A stretch of 64,000 nucleotides of DNA from an uncultured Clostridium sp. Lineage in GTDB: Bacteria; Bacillota_I; Bacilli_A; RF39; UBA660. Location: positions 1,304 through 65,303 of the forward strand of contig CAZOBH010000002.1 in assembly GCA_964578175.1 (NCBI GenBank), read 5' to 3'. Shown here piece by piece: positions 1-9,704 of this stretch. Positions within the stretch are counted from its first letter, which is position 1, and each line of letters opens with the position of its first letter. Below the pieces are notes generated by a model. That model was not told where the DNA came from, did not search any database, and saw only the letters and a list, made by a program, of their open reading frames with translations. The position numbers were made by a program, and so were the translations under genes.

Positions 1-1
1 A

Positions 2-172
2 ACTAGATTCTTATTAACTATGAATGATGGAAATTATGTTTATATAAATATATCTAATTTCAAATCGCTTGATTTATATAATAAGATTTATCCTAACTTT
101 GATGGTCATATTGGAATACTATATTTAGATTCTGGATATGGAGAAGCTAGTGAATATAAAATAATAAAATAA
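2..172 (+). CDS. 3' end of an unidentified CDS entering from upstream of the window (...LDSGYGEASEYKIIK*)
   Basis: The frame is open from the window edge to TAA at 170-172 and is followed directly by a hairpin terminator. It is too short to assign a family. Confidence 0.35.
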   Translation, partial: TRFLLTMNDGNYVYINISNFKSLDLYNKIYPNFDGHIGILYLDSGYGEASEYKIIK

Positions 173-194
173 AAGAGATGTTATACATCTCTTT
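172..194. terminator. Bidirectional hairpin terminator between convergent genes
   Basis: Stem aaagagatg / catctcttt with loop ttata. A-run on one side and T-run on the other. Confidence 0.6.
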
Positions 195-1079
195 TTATCT
201 TAGTCTAAAGAAATTTATACTTGGATGATTAAATAATCTATATGGATATTCTTTTGTACCTATACCATTAGATATATATACATCAGTATTATCTACTTTA
301 TAATAATCATCATAGTACTTACATTCAAAGTTAAATACTCCGCCAATTTTTGGAATTTTTATTAATCCATTAAATGTATGTCCAGCTAATAATAAGTCTA
401 TTTGATATTGATTAATAATTTCTTCTATATTTTTAGGATTATGAATCATAGTTATAGTAAATATTTCTTTATCTCCATTTTTTATATATTCGAATGCTTT
501 ATCATAATCATTTTCATTTCCAATTCCAGTTAAAAGAATAGGTGAGTTATTATCTTTATATATCAATTCATAATTATTATCTAGGTTTTCAAATCCGGCA
601 TTAGTTAAAATAATCTTTGTTTCATCATTATCTTCTTCTCCAGATACATAATATTTACCAAGAGTTGAATTGATTTTGCTTAATTCTTTAGATAAATTAT
701 CATTGTCTTTATTATCTATATCTTTATATATTAAATCTCCAGTATATAAAACTAAGTCTGGTTTTAACTTATTTGTTTTGGAAACTAATTGTTTTACTTT
801 ATCTAAATCTACTGTTTCACTATTATAGTTTAAATCACTTATTTGAATTATTTTTAATCCATAGAAATTATCTGGTATATCATAATCAATTCCATATTCT
901 CTAACTACTAATCCTGATGTTGCAACATATCTAAAAACTACAAAAATAATAGATAAGATTATAAATAGAGCTAAAGTTATTTTAAATACTTTTATAGTTA
1001 TATTTTTAGTTTTTTCTTCTACAACAACTTTAGTAATTTGATTCCTGTTTTTCTTATTTCTTTCTAATCTACTTCTCAT
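195..1079 (-). CDS. Membrane-anchored metallophosphoesterase (YkuE-like calcineurin-type phosphoesterase)
   Basis: N-terminal TM helix. Motifs IIQISDLNYN, YTGDLIY, MIHNP and AGHTFNG fit the D-x-H / GD / GNH / GH pattern of the family. Confidence 0.85.
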   Translation of the reverse strand: MRSRLERNKKNRNQITKVVVEEKTKNITIKVFKITLALFIILSIIFVVFRYVATSGLVVREYGIDYDIPDNFYGLKIIQISDLNYNSETVDLDKVKQLVSKTNKLKPDLVLYTGDLIYKDIDNKDNDNLSKELSKINSTLGKYYVSGEEDNDETKIILTNAGFENLDNNYELIYKDNNSPILLTGIGNENDYDKAFEYIKNGDKEIFTITMIHNPKNIEEIINQYQIDLLLAGHTFNGLIKIPKIGGVFNFECKYYDDYYKVDNTDVYISNGIGTKEYPYRLFNHPSINFFRLR

Positions 1080-1756
1080 GCTAAACCACCTAAAACTAAT
1101 AATGCAATTAGTAAATTATGTAATATATGTATTATAAATGTATAATAAATACTATCACCTTTGTAATAAATATAAGATAAAATAATTCCTAAACTACAAT
1201 ATGGAATTAGAAAGAATAATTCATTAATATTAGTTATACTTAAAATATGTAGAGAACCAAATACTAAACCAGATATAATTACAAATAATATTCCATTTGG
1301 TATAACTTTTCTAAATGATAATCTAAATACTATTTCTTCTATAATTGGAGTTAAAAATATAACGGTTATCCCTGCTAATATTGGATTACTTGTAAACATA
1401 TTTTTAACAGCTAAATTATTACTTGATTCATCTATTCCTAACAATGACGCTATCCAAGTTGATGCAAACATAATTATAAGACCTATAATCCATAAAAGTA
1501 TTGAATCAAATACTTTTTTTCTTTTATCATCGTTCTTAAATTTCTTAAAATCAGTAATAAGATCTTTTTTATAAAAAAAATAAAAAATAAATATAAGTAC
1601 AATATTAGAGAAAATACTTAGAATAATACTTGTGTTTCCTGACATATTTTTATAATCTATTTTAAATAGTGTTATTGGTATTAATTTAAATAGTGAGGAA
1701 AAGAAATATAATATTATTGTTGTTATAAAAATTATATATTTATTACTGTCTTTCAT
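1076..1756 (-). CDS. CPBP family intramembrane glutamic endopeptidase (CAAX protease-like)
   Basis: Polytopic membrane protein with the signature motifs EEIVFR, FGSLH and HILHN. Overlaps the downstream gene by 4 nt. Confidence 0.85.
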   Translation of the reverse strand: MKDSNKYIIFITTIILYFFSSLFKLIPITLFKIDYKNMSGNTSIILSIFSNIVLIFIFYFFYKKDLITDFKKFKNDDKRKKVFDSILLWIIGLIIMFASTWIASLLGIDESSNNLAVKNMFTSNPILAGITVIFLTPIIEEIVFRLSFRKVIPNGILFVIISGLVFGSLHILSITNINELFFLIPYCSLGIILSYIYYKGDSIYYTFIIHILHNLLIALLVLGGLA

Positions 1757-1888
1757 ATCTTCATCGCCTATTCTATATTAATTTTAATAAAAATAAATAA
1801 ACCATGTCAACTTAATTAATTATGTAATATAAAAAAAGTGTAAATTGCAATATAATAATGATATAATGAAGGAGTAGGAAGTGATAAA

Positions 1889-3193
1889 ATGAAATATTAT
1901 TGTATAGGTATAAAAGGATCAGGAATGTCATCATTAGCATGTATTTTAAATGACTTGGGTAATGAAGTGTCAGGTTATGATGATGTTAAAGATTATAAAT
2001 ACACAATGGATGGACTTGAGAAAAGAAATATAGAAATATTCTATGGCCCTCATGATATAGATAAAGATACTATTGTAACTTATTCTCGTGCTTTTAAGCC
2101 AGATCATCCTGAAATGAAAAGAGTTAGAGAATTAGGTTTAAATATAAAAGAATATAAAGATGTAGTAGGTGATTTAACAAAATTATTTAAAACAATTGGT
2201 GTTAGTGGAACTCATGGAAAAACTACTACTAGTTTGATGTTAAGTGAGATATTTAATAATACTTATGGATGTAATTATTTTGTTGGTGATGGAACAGGTA
2301 ATGCTAATAAAGATAATGAGTATTTTATAATTGAAAGTGATGAATTTAATAAACATTTATTAGCTTATTATCCTACTGTTGCATTAATAACTAATATTGA
2401 ACTTGATCATACTGAATGTTATCCAGGTGGAATTGAAGAGATAAAAGATACATTTAGACAATTTGCTAATAAAGCAGAAATTATTATTGCAAATGGTGAT
2501 GATGAAAATGTTAGAGATATAAAATTTGATAAGAAAGTAGTTTATTACGGATTTAATGAAAATAATAATGTAGTTGCTAAAAATGTTGTACTTGATTCAA
2601 ACGGAAGTAGTTTTGATTGTTATATAGATGGAGAATTATTTGGGCATTTTAGTCTTGCTTTATTTGGTAAACATATGGTACTTGATGCATTATCAGCAAT
2701 TTATGCAGCATATTATTATGGAATAAATGAAAAAGATATAGAAACTAATATTAATAATTTTAAAGGAGCAAAAAGAAGATTTAAAATTAAAAATATAAAA
2801 AACTATATAATGATAGATGATTATGCACACCATCCAACTGAGATTGCTGTAACTATTAAAGCAGCTAAACAAAAGTATCCTGATAAAGAGATAGTTGCTG
2901 TATTCTTACCTAATACATATTCTAGAACTGAAGCTTTAATGGATGATTTTGTAGATAGTTTATCTATTGCTGACAAAACTTATGTTATGGATATTCATTG
3001 TGATCGTGAAAAACAAGAAGATTATCCAGGTGTTTCAAGTGATACTTTAATTGAAAGAATACCAAATAGTGAAAAAGTATCAGTTGAAGATTGTGAAAAA
3101 TTATTAAAACATGATAATTCAGTAATTTGTTTTATGAGTTGTGCTGATATATATCATATAGAAGAAAGATTTGAAGAATTAATAAATAACTAG
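1889..3193 (+). CDS. murC: UDP-N-acetylmuramate--L-alanine ligase
   Basis: N-terminus YYCIGIKGSGMSSLA, P-loop GVSGTHGKTTT and DDYAHHPTEI are typical MurC motifs. Length 434 aa. Confidence 0.93.
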   Translation: MKYYCIGIKGSGMSSLACILNDLGNEVSGYDDVKDYKYTMDGLEKRNIEIFYGPHDIDKDTIVTYSRAFKPDHPEMKRVRELGLNIKEYKDVVGDLTKLFKTIGVSGTHGKTTTSLMLSEIFNNTYGCNYFVGDGTGNANKDNEYFIIESDEFNKHLLAYYPTVALITNIELDHTECYPGGIEEIKDTFRQFANKAEIIIANGDDENVRDIKFDKKVVYYGFNENNNVVAKNVVLDSNGSSFDCYIDGELFGHFSLALFGKHMVLDALSAIYAAYYYGINEKDIETNINNFKGAKRRFKIKNIKNYIMIDDYAHHPTEIAVTIKAAKQKYPDKEIVAVFLPNTYSRTEALMDDFVDSLSIADKTYVMDIHCDREKQEDYPGVSSDTLIERIPNSEKVSVEDCEKLLKHDNSVICFMSCADIYHIEERFEELINN

Positions 3194-3201
3194 GAGGTTT
3201 T

Positions 3202-3492
3202 ATGGAAAATGATATAGAATTTAATAGTGCATATGATCTATACATTAGAGTAAAACCAGCTTTAAAAACTAAATTAAAAGAATTAGAAAGAGAAAATTAC
3301 GATTATATTAAACAAGAAGATATATGGAATTATCTTATAAAGAATAAATGGAAAGAATCTAAGGGTTTGGTTTTGTGTGATGTAGTAGATGATATATTAA
3401 ATGTAGATAATAAAAAATTAGATAGATATGTTAAAGATATAAAAAAACAAATGAAAGAAAAAGTAGAATTAGAAGATTTAGAAATATTATAA
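3202..3492 (+). CDS. Small protein, possibly a ComN/YrzD-type post-transcriptional regulator
   Basis: 96 aa. The pattern EDIWNYLIKNKWK...LCDVVDDIL and the position just upstream of rel-dtd recall the B. subtilis yrzD region. Assigned from memory of the family only. Confidence 0.45.
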   Translation: MENDIEFNSAYDLYIRVKPALKTKLKELERENYDYIKQEDIWNYLIKNKWKESKGLVLCDVVDDILNVDNKKLDRYVKDIKKQMKEKVELEDLEIL

Positions 3493-3502
3493 GGAGGAAA
3501 AT

Positions 3503-5647
3503 ATGAGTAACAAAAAATTATATACAATAGATGACTTGATAGAAAAAGCAAGTACTTATATTGAACCTTCAAAAATCCAAATGATTAGAGATGCTTATGA
3601 ATATAGTAATACTAAACATTTAGGTCAATTTAGAGAAAGTGGAGAACCATATATATTTCATCCTATTGCTACTGCAATAATAATAACTACTGTATATGGT
3701 GATGCAGAAACAATTTGTGCAGGCCTATTACATGATGTTATTGAAGACTGTGATGTTACTAAAGAAGATATAAAAGAAGAGTTTGGTGAAACAATAGCTA
3801 ATTTAGTTAATGGTGTTACGAAGATTAGTAAAATTCATTTTTCTACTGAGAATGATGCTTTAATTGAATATTATAAGAAAATTATAGTAGGAATGAGTGA
3901 AGACGTTAGAGTAATAATTATTAAACTTGCAGATAGATTACATAATATGAGAACACTTTGGGCTAAATCTGAAGAAAAACAAAAGAAAATAGCTAAAGAA
4001 ACACTAGATATACTTGCGCCTATTGCTGACCATTTAGGTATTCATAAAATAAAAAGTGAATTAGAAGATTTATGTCTTAGATATCTAAAACCAGAAGTGT
4101 TTTATGATATAGCTGATAAGTTAAATAATACTAAACTTGAGCGTGATCAAGTAGTAGAAGATATGATGGCAAGTGTTAGTAAATTACTTAATGAAAATGG
4201 TATTAAACATGAAATACTTGGTCGTAGTAAAAGTATTTATAGTATTTATAAAAAACTTGAACGTGGACGTAAATTTAGTGACATATATGATTTATTAGCT
4301 ATTAGAATAATGGTAGATGATGTTCAAACATGTTATTCAATTATTGGAATGATTCATGCTAAATATAAACCAATACCTAAAAGATTTAAAGATTATATAG
4401 CTATGCCTAAAACAAATGGATATCAATCTCTTCATACAACTGTTTTTGGAATAGATGGATATTTATTTGAGATTCAAATAAGAACATTTGAAATGGATGA
4501 GATAGCAGAAAATGGTGTAGCTGCACACTGGGCTTATAAAGAACATAAAGATATAAATAAGACTGGAACCAATACAACTGAATCTAAGTTACAATTCTTT
4601 AAATCTATAATAGATTTAAATGAAGATAAAATGAGTAGTGAAGAGTTTGTTAATAGTGTTAAAGATGAAATATTAAATAATAATATTTATGTCTTTACTC
4701 CTAAAGGAGATATATTTGAATTACCTAAAGGATCTACTCCAATAGATTTTGCTTATTGTATCCATACAAGAGTTGGAGATACTATGACTGGTGCAATAGT
4801 TAATGATAGTATTGTTCCACTTGATTATGAATTAAAAGATAATGATATAGTAAAAATTATTACTAATAAGAGTTCTAATCCATCAATAGAATGGTTAAAT
4901 ATAGTTAAGTCAACTAGAGCAAAGAATAAAATTAGAGCATTCTTTTCTAGAAGTGAAAAAGAAAATTATATTGAACGTGGTAAAAATGAATTAGAAAGAG
5001 AATTAAGAAAAAGAAAAATAGCTTTTGATGAGTTCTTAAGTGATGATAATATGAAAATTATAAAAGAACAAGCAAAAGTAAGTGATGTTGAAGACTTATA
5101 TTTAAATATAGGTAATAGTAAGTTTTCAGCAAGTTATATTATTAATCTTATCTATAGAAAAGAAGAAGATACAGTAGAGAAAAAAGTTAAGGAAGTTCCA
5201 AAACATACTGATGGAGATATTATAGTTGCTGGTATTGATAAAGTAAAAGTTAATTTAGCTAATTGTTGTAATCCAGTACCAGGTGATGAGATAGTTGGAT
5301 ATATAACTAAAGGAAATGGAATAAGTATTCATAGAAAAGATTGTCATAATCTTCAATATCTTGATAATAGAATGGTACAAGTTTCATGGAATGAAGTTAT
5401 TAATAATAATAAATTTATTACTTCATTATTTATTTATTGCAAAGACACTAATGATTATTTACTTGAAATAATGAAAAAAGCTCAAAGTATTAATATCAAT
5501 TTTGATAGTATGAGAACTATTAGAAAAGATGATAATACAATATATGATATAGATGTTTGGGTTAGAAATTTAGATCATTTAAATAATTTTATTAGAGATA
5601 TAGAATCATTAAGTTATGTAGATAAGGTGGTGCGAATAATTCGATGA
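3503..5647 (+). CDS. rel: Bifunctional (p)ppGpp synthetase/hydrolase, RelA/SpoT family
   Basis: HD hydrolase motif (HPIATA...LLHDVIED), synthetase motifs (RSKSIYSIYKKL, DLLAIRI, YQSLHT), and TGS and ACT-like C-terminal parts. 714 aa. Confidence 0.95.
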   Translation: MSNKKLYTIDDLIEKASTYIEPSKIQMIRDAYEYSNTKHLGQFRESGEPYIFHPIATAIIITTVYGDAETICAGLLHDVIEDCDVTKEDIKEEFGETIANLVNGVTKISKIHFSTENDALIEYYKKIIVGMSEDVRVIIIKLADRLHNMRTLWAKSEEKQKKIAKETLDILAPIADHLGIHKIKSELEDLCLRYLKPEVFYDIADKLNNTKLERDQVVEDMMASVSKLLNENGIKHEILGRSKSIYSIYKKLERGRKFSDIYDLLAIRIMVDDVQTCYSIIGMIHAKYKPIPKRFKDYIAMPKTNGYQSLHTTVFGIDGYLFEIQIRTFEMDEIAENGVAAHWAYKEHKDINKTGTNTTESKLQFFKSIIDLNEDKMSSEEFVNSVKDEILNNNIYVFTPKGDIFELPKGSTPIDFAYCIHTRVGDTMTGAIVNDSIVPLDYELKDNDIVKIITNKSSNPSIEWLNIVKSTRAKNKIRAFFSRSEKENYIERGKNELERELRKRKIAFDEFLSDDNMKIIKEQAKVSDVEDLYLNIGNSKFSASYIINLIYRKEEDTVEKKVKEVPKHTDGDIIVAGIDKVKVNLANCCNPVPGDEIVGYITKGNGISIHRKDCHNLQYLDNRMVQVSWNEVINNNKFITSLFIYCKDTNDYLLEIMKKAQSININFDSMRTIRKDDNTIYDIDVWVRNLDHLNNFIRDIESLSYVDKVVRIIR

Positions 5648-6093
5648 GAGTAGTAGTACAAAGAAGTAAAGAAGCATCATGTACAGTTGATGGAAAAATA
5701 ACTGGTAAAATTGACCATGGTTTAGTACTTTTAGTTGGATTTACTGAAGGGGATAATAAAGATATAATTGATTATATGGTAAAAAAAATAATTAATTTAA
5801 GAATATTTGATGATGAGAATGGGGTAATGAATAAAAGTATAGATTTAGAAAATGATCAAATATTATCTATTTCTCAATTCACTTTATATGCTGACACTAC
5901 TAAAGGAAATAGACCAAGTTATGTAAAAGCATTAAATTCTAAATATGCAACGATGTTATACGATTGTTTTAATAAAGAATTATCTAATTATATAAAAGTT
6001 GAAACAGGAATATTTGGGGCAGATATGAAGATTAATTTATTGAATGATGGACCTGTAACTATTATTTTAGAAAAGGAGAATTCTAATGTATAA
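5644..6093 (+). CDS. dtd: D-aminoacyl-tRNA deacylase
   Basis: MRVVVQR...SQFTLYADT.KGNRPS...NDGPVT is the canonical Dtd pattern. The ATGA overlap with rel indicates translational coupling. Confidence 0.93.
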   Translation: MRVVVQRSKEASCTVDGKITGKIDHGLVLLVGFTEGDNKDIIDYMVKKIINLRIFDDENGVMNKSIDLENDQILSISQFTLYADTTKGNRPSYVKALNSKYATMLYDCFNKELSNYIKVETGIFGADMKINLLNDGPVTIILEKENSNV

Positions 6094-7129
6094 AAATAAA
6101 GTTAATTATAAGTTATTAAATATATTAATTGTTGCAGCTATTGTTTATATTGGTGTTCAAACAATGGATTATTGGATTAGTTTAGTAGTTAGGGTATTTA
6201 ATTTATTATTCCCATTCCTTATATCTTTTGGAATTGCTTATGCATTTTATCCAATAGTAAGATTATTAAAGAGAAAAGGAGTTGGAGAGAAACTCGCAAT
6301 TACTTTTGTAGTTCTATGTGTTTTCCTAATAATCTTTGGACTTATAGGACTTACGGTTCCGCTAATCTATGATCAATTGATTAATCTATCAAATAATCTA
6401 GGAACTATTGTTAATGATTTATCAACTAAGTTTAATGTTAATATAAAGCCATTTGAAGAGAATATTAATGATTATTTAAATGGAGCTATTATGAATATTG
6501 GTAATATATTATCAAATGGATTTATGTCATTTATATCAAATGCAGCTAATTTCTTTGCTAAATTTATAATTATTTCAATTGTATCTATATATTTATTAGC
6601 TGATATGGATGATATTAGAAGAGAAGTTAAAGATTATATTGTAAGTAAACATAAAAAGTACTTTAAATTACTTAAAGATATTGATGGTCAATTAGGTGAT
6701 TATTTAGAAGGTTTAATAATATTCATGACTGTTCAATTTTTTGAATATTCATTCTTATTTTGGATAATAGGTCATCCTAACTGGTTATTATTAGGATTCC
6801 TTGCTTCATTTACAACAGTAATACCTTATTTTGGAGGATGGATTACTAATATTACAGCAGTAATTCTTGCGTCTGTTGTATCAATGAAATTGTTCATATT
6901 GACATTAGTAATTTGTTTAATATTCCCAAATATAGATGGTTATGTTATTTCGCCACATATCTATGGAAGAAAGACAAATGTAAAACCATTAATATCAATT
7001 ATGTCAGTAGTAATTATGAGTGGTTTATTTGGAATATTTGGTATTGTAATTGCTCTTCCTACATTCTTAGTAATTAGATGTATTTATAGATTTATTAAGA
7101 AGGAGAGAATAATAAAACTAGAAACATAA
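6086..7129 (+). CDS. AI-2E family (UPF0118/PerM-like) transporter
   Basis: About 8 TM helices. The IPYFGGWI motif and overall architecture fit the family. A second paralog lies at 62484-63704. Confidence 0.85.
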   Translation: MYKNKVNYKLLNILIVAAIVYIGVQTMDYWISLVVRVFNLLFPFLISFGIAYAFYPIVRLLKRKGVGEKLAITFVVLCVFLIIFGLIGLTVPLIYDQLINLSNNLGTIVNDLSTKFNVNIKPFEENINDYLNGAIMNIGNILSNGFMSFISNAANFFAKFIIISIVSIYLLADMDDIRREVKDYIVSKHKKYFKLLKDIDGQLGDYLEGLIIFMTVQFFEYSFLFWIIGHPNWLLLGFLASFTTVIPYFGGWITNITAVILASVVSMKLFILTLVICLIFPNIDGYVISPHIYGRKTNVKPLISIMSVVIMSGLFGIFGIVIALPTFLVIRCIYRFIKKERIIKLET

Positions 7130-7141
7130 GTTTCTAGTTTT
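7114..7141. terminator. Bidirectional terminator shared by convergent genes
   Basis: Perfect 12-bp stem aaaactagaaac / gtttctagtttt with loop ataa. It overlaps both stop codons. Confidence 0.7.
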
Positions 7142-8055
7142 TAATTTGCTATTTCTTTAAATACTTCTTTATCAAAATTATGTTGAATACTTTCTAATTC
7201 ATAAAGCTTCTGAGTATTTATTAAGAAGTAATCGTGTTTTAATACATCTTTACCTGATGTAGTAATTGGGTCATCCCATGTAAGATCCAAGTGATACCAT
7301 TTATTATTAATTTTAACTGCATTCCATGCATGATTTTCACTTATTATTTTGAAATTAGGTATATTGTAATAATCTAAAAATATTGACATTGCATCACTAT
7401 ATCCACCACATAAACCATATCCTTCAATAAGAGGTCCATATGCTATATCAGAACTATAATTAACTTTATGTAAATCACTTCTATCAGAATCGTATTTTGT
7501 ATTAATTATAATATAATCATGTATTTTTCTAATAATATCAACACTATTTGAAGTAGTGCCAACTACATTTTTTATTATTTCTTCGGACTTTAACTTTAAT
7601 TCTTTAATTTGTTTATCACTATATTGTTTATTTATAGTAAGTTCTACGATTCCTAAAGAATCAAATTTAGTTGCAATTGATGAGAAATTATTATATGGAT
7701 GAACAAATGAATTTATATTAGAAAGTAGTATTTGATTATTTGAAATATCTTCAACATCTTTTATACATTCATCATAATCACATTTAAATATAAAACTTTC
7801 CATACCACTATTAACAATAGTGTAATATATATTCATTAAATGATTATAGTTTTTAGCTTCAAAATCATTTGTAATCTGTACGTAAGAATAATCTGTAGCT
7901 CTATAATATTCATTTGGTTTTAATTCACTTATTTCAACATCGTCTAACATTTTTTGAAATACAAATTCTGTAATATTATCTCTAAAAATATATCCACCTA
8001 TAAAGATAATACTAACTATAATCAAAAAGCATAATAGTTTCTTCATCATATTCAC
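7141..8055 (-). CDS. Membrane-anchored transglutaminase-like cysteine protease-fold protein
   Basis: N-terminal TM helix. Cys-His-Asp arrangement GLCGGYSDAM ... ENHAWNAV ... HLDLTWDD is typical of the transglutaminase core. Confidence 0.8.
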   Translation of the reverse strand: MNMMKKLLCFLIIVSIIFIGGYIFRDNITEFVFQKMLDDVEISELKPNEYYRATDYSYVQITNDFEAKNYNHLMNIYYTIVNSGMESFIFKCDYDECIKDVEDISNNQILLSNINSFVHPYNNFSSIATKFDSLGIVELTINKQYSDKQIKELKLKSEEIIKNVVGTTSNSVDIIRKIHDYIIINTKYDSDRSDLHKVNYSSDIAYGPLIEGYGLCGGYSDAMSIFLDYYNIPNFKIISENHAWNAVKINNKWYHLDLTWDDPITTSGKDVLKHDYFLINTQKLYELESIQHNFDKEVFKEIAN

Positions 8056-8082
8056 CTAAAGTAATTGTATCTTATTTTAATA

Positions 8083-8108
8083 ATAAAAAAAAGAGTAATT
8101 TATTACTC
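8083..8108 (-). terminator. rpsT terminator
   Basis: On the minus strand gagtaat-aa-attactc is followed by a T-run. The stop codon lies inside the stem. Confidence 0.6.
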
Positions 8109-8366
8109 CATATTATTTAATTTTTTTGTTAATCTTGATTTTAATCTGGCAGCTTTATTAGCATGAATTAAATTATTTTTTAAAGCTTTATCTATTTTTT
8201 GAATAGCTGTATTTAAAGCAACTTTAGCTTCGTCTTTTTTTCCTTCATTTACTAATTTTTCGAATTTTTTAATTGCAGTTCTTCTAGCTGAATCAATTGT
8301 ATTATTATCTACTGCTTTCTTTCTACTAGTGATGATTCTTTTTTTAGCACTTTTTATATTTGCCAT
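8103..8366 (-). CDS. rpsT: 30S ribosomal protein S20
   Basis: MANIKSAKKRI... is the canonical S20 N-terminus. I prefer the ATG at 8366 (RBS gaggtga) over the GTG at 8375. Confidence 0.92.
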   Translation of the reverse strand: MANIKSAKKRIITSRKKAVDNNTIDSARRTAIKKFEKLVNEGKKDEAKVALNTAIQKIDKALKNNLIHANKAARLKSRLTKKLNNME

Positions 8367-8506
8367 ATTTTTCACCTCGCTTCTTCAACTAATAGTAATT
8401 TTAACAAAAAAACTGATAAAAATCAACAAATAATATAAATACAATTTAAATAATTGAATGAGTTTTGAATTTATTGTATAATTTTTATGATAGGGTGTGA
8501 TTTAGT

Positions 8507-9703
8507 GTGAAGAAAATTTTGGGACTTATCTTAATTTTAATCGGAGTTATTTTAATCGGTTCAGGCATTTTTATTCAATTAAATTCAAAAAAAGAGAATA
8601 AAGATGTTGTTGTAGATACATCATTTAAAAGAGTAAATAATTTTAATGGTGAAGAATTAGGAACTAATTCTAAAATGATTAATAGTTATTATAATGATTA
8701 TAACTACAATATCTATAATTTTAGTTATCCAGATATTGTCCACGAATATAATTTATCTAATACTTTTAAAAGTTTTGAGTCAGTAGATGGTAATGTAAAA
8801 ATAACTATTAAAAACGAAAATGATACACTAAACACTTATTTAAATAAATTTAAAACTAAATTAATCTCGTATAAAGATGATGAATATATTAGTAATTTAG
8901 AAGATACTGGTATACTTTCAAGAACTATAGATGGTGTTACATATAAATATTTAGAATGGAATTATTCTTCTGGAATTGATCCTAAATTCTCTTCAAATTA
9001 TGATGAATGGAGAGTGGGAATTGAAGTTAATATATCGACTGACGAAGGAGTAAAAACTCAAACTATTGTGGTTGAAATTACAGCTAAGAATGGAGTTATG
9101 TCTACTAAAGCAATAGATAATATAATGAAAAGTATAAAAGTAGAAGAGAAAAAAGCTGTATATAAACGTTTTAAAGAAGAAGGAAACTACTTAGTTGGTT
9201 TCTTACAACAAAATAAATATAAAGAATATGAACATGGTTATAAATTGAATTTTAAAATACCTAAAACTATTCCTGAAATTGATTCAATAACTAGTAATGT
9301 TTACGCAACTGAATTATTAAATGAAACTCCACAAGATAAAAAGACAATTATTTATTCAATAGATAAAGTTAGTTCAAATAATACTATAGAATCAACTAGT
9401 TTATCTTATTACAAAATAGATCAAAGTTCATATAAAGAAAGTGATACAAGAAAAAATATATCTTTAACTAAACCTAAATTTGTTAAGCTAAATGGAAAAG
9501 ATATTTATTATTATAGACTAGAATATGATCTATATAGTAATAAAAAGTATACATCTACTTATAAAAAACTAGAAGCTTTTTGCGAAATAGGAGATAAATT
9601 ATATTTGAAAGTAATAATATCATTTACTAATTCCGATAAAAAACAAGATATTACAGAAGATTTCCTTGCTCAATATTTAAACTATGAAGTGGAGGAATAC
9701 TAA
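8507..9703 (+). CDS. Hypothetical N-terminally anchored extracytoplasmic protein (first gene of the six-gene cluster)
   Basis: GTG start. TM helix ILGLILILIGVILIGSGIFI followed by about 370 aa of beta-rich, Asn/Lys/Tyr-rich sequence that looks like two similar modules. No recognisable catalytic motif. Confidence 0.6.
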   Translation: MKKILGLILILIGVILIGSGIFIQLNSKKENKDVVVDTSFKRVNNFNGEELGTNSKMINSYYNDYNYNIYNFSYPDIVHEYNLSNTFKSFESVDGNVKITIKNENDTLNTYLNKFKTKLISYKDDEYISNLEDTGILSRTIDGVTYKYLEWNYSSGIDPKFSSNYDEWRVGIEVNISTDEGVKTQTIVVEITAKNGVMSTKAIDNIMKSIKVEEKKAVYKRFKEEGNYLVGFLQQNKYKEYEHGYKLNFKIPKTIPEIDSITSNVYATELLNETPQDKKTIIYSIDKVSSNNTIESTSLSYYKIDQSSYKESDTRKNISLTKPKFVKLNGKDIYYYRLEYDLYSNKKYTSTYKKLEAFCEIGDKLYLKVIISFTNSDKKQDITEDFLAQYLNYEVEEY

Positions 9704-9704
9704 T

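Noticed and set aside
3330-3572. 80-aa minus-strand ORF overlapping the end of the ComN-like gene and the start of rel
   Set aside because: It is antisense to two well-supported genes, has a low-complexity Phe/Ser/Leu composition typical of the reverse frame of AT-rich coding DNA, and has no RBS.
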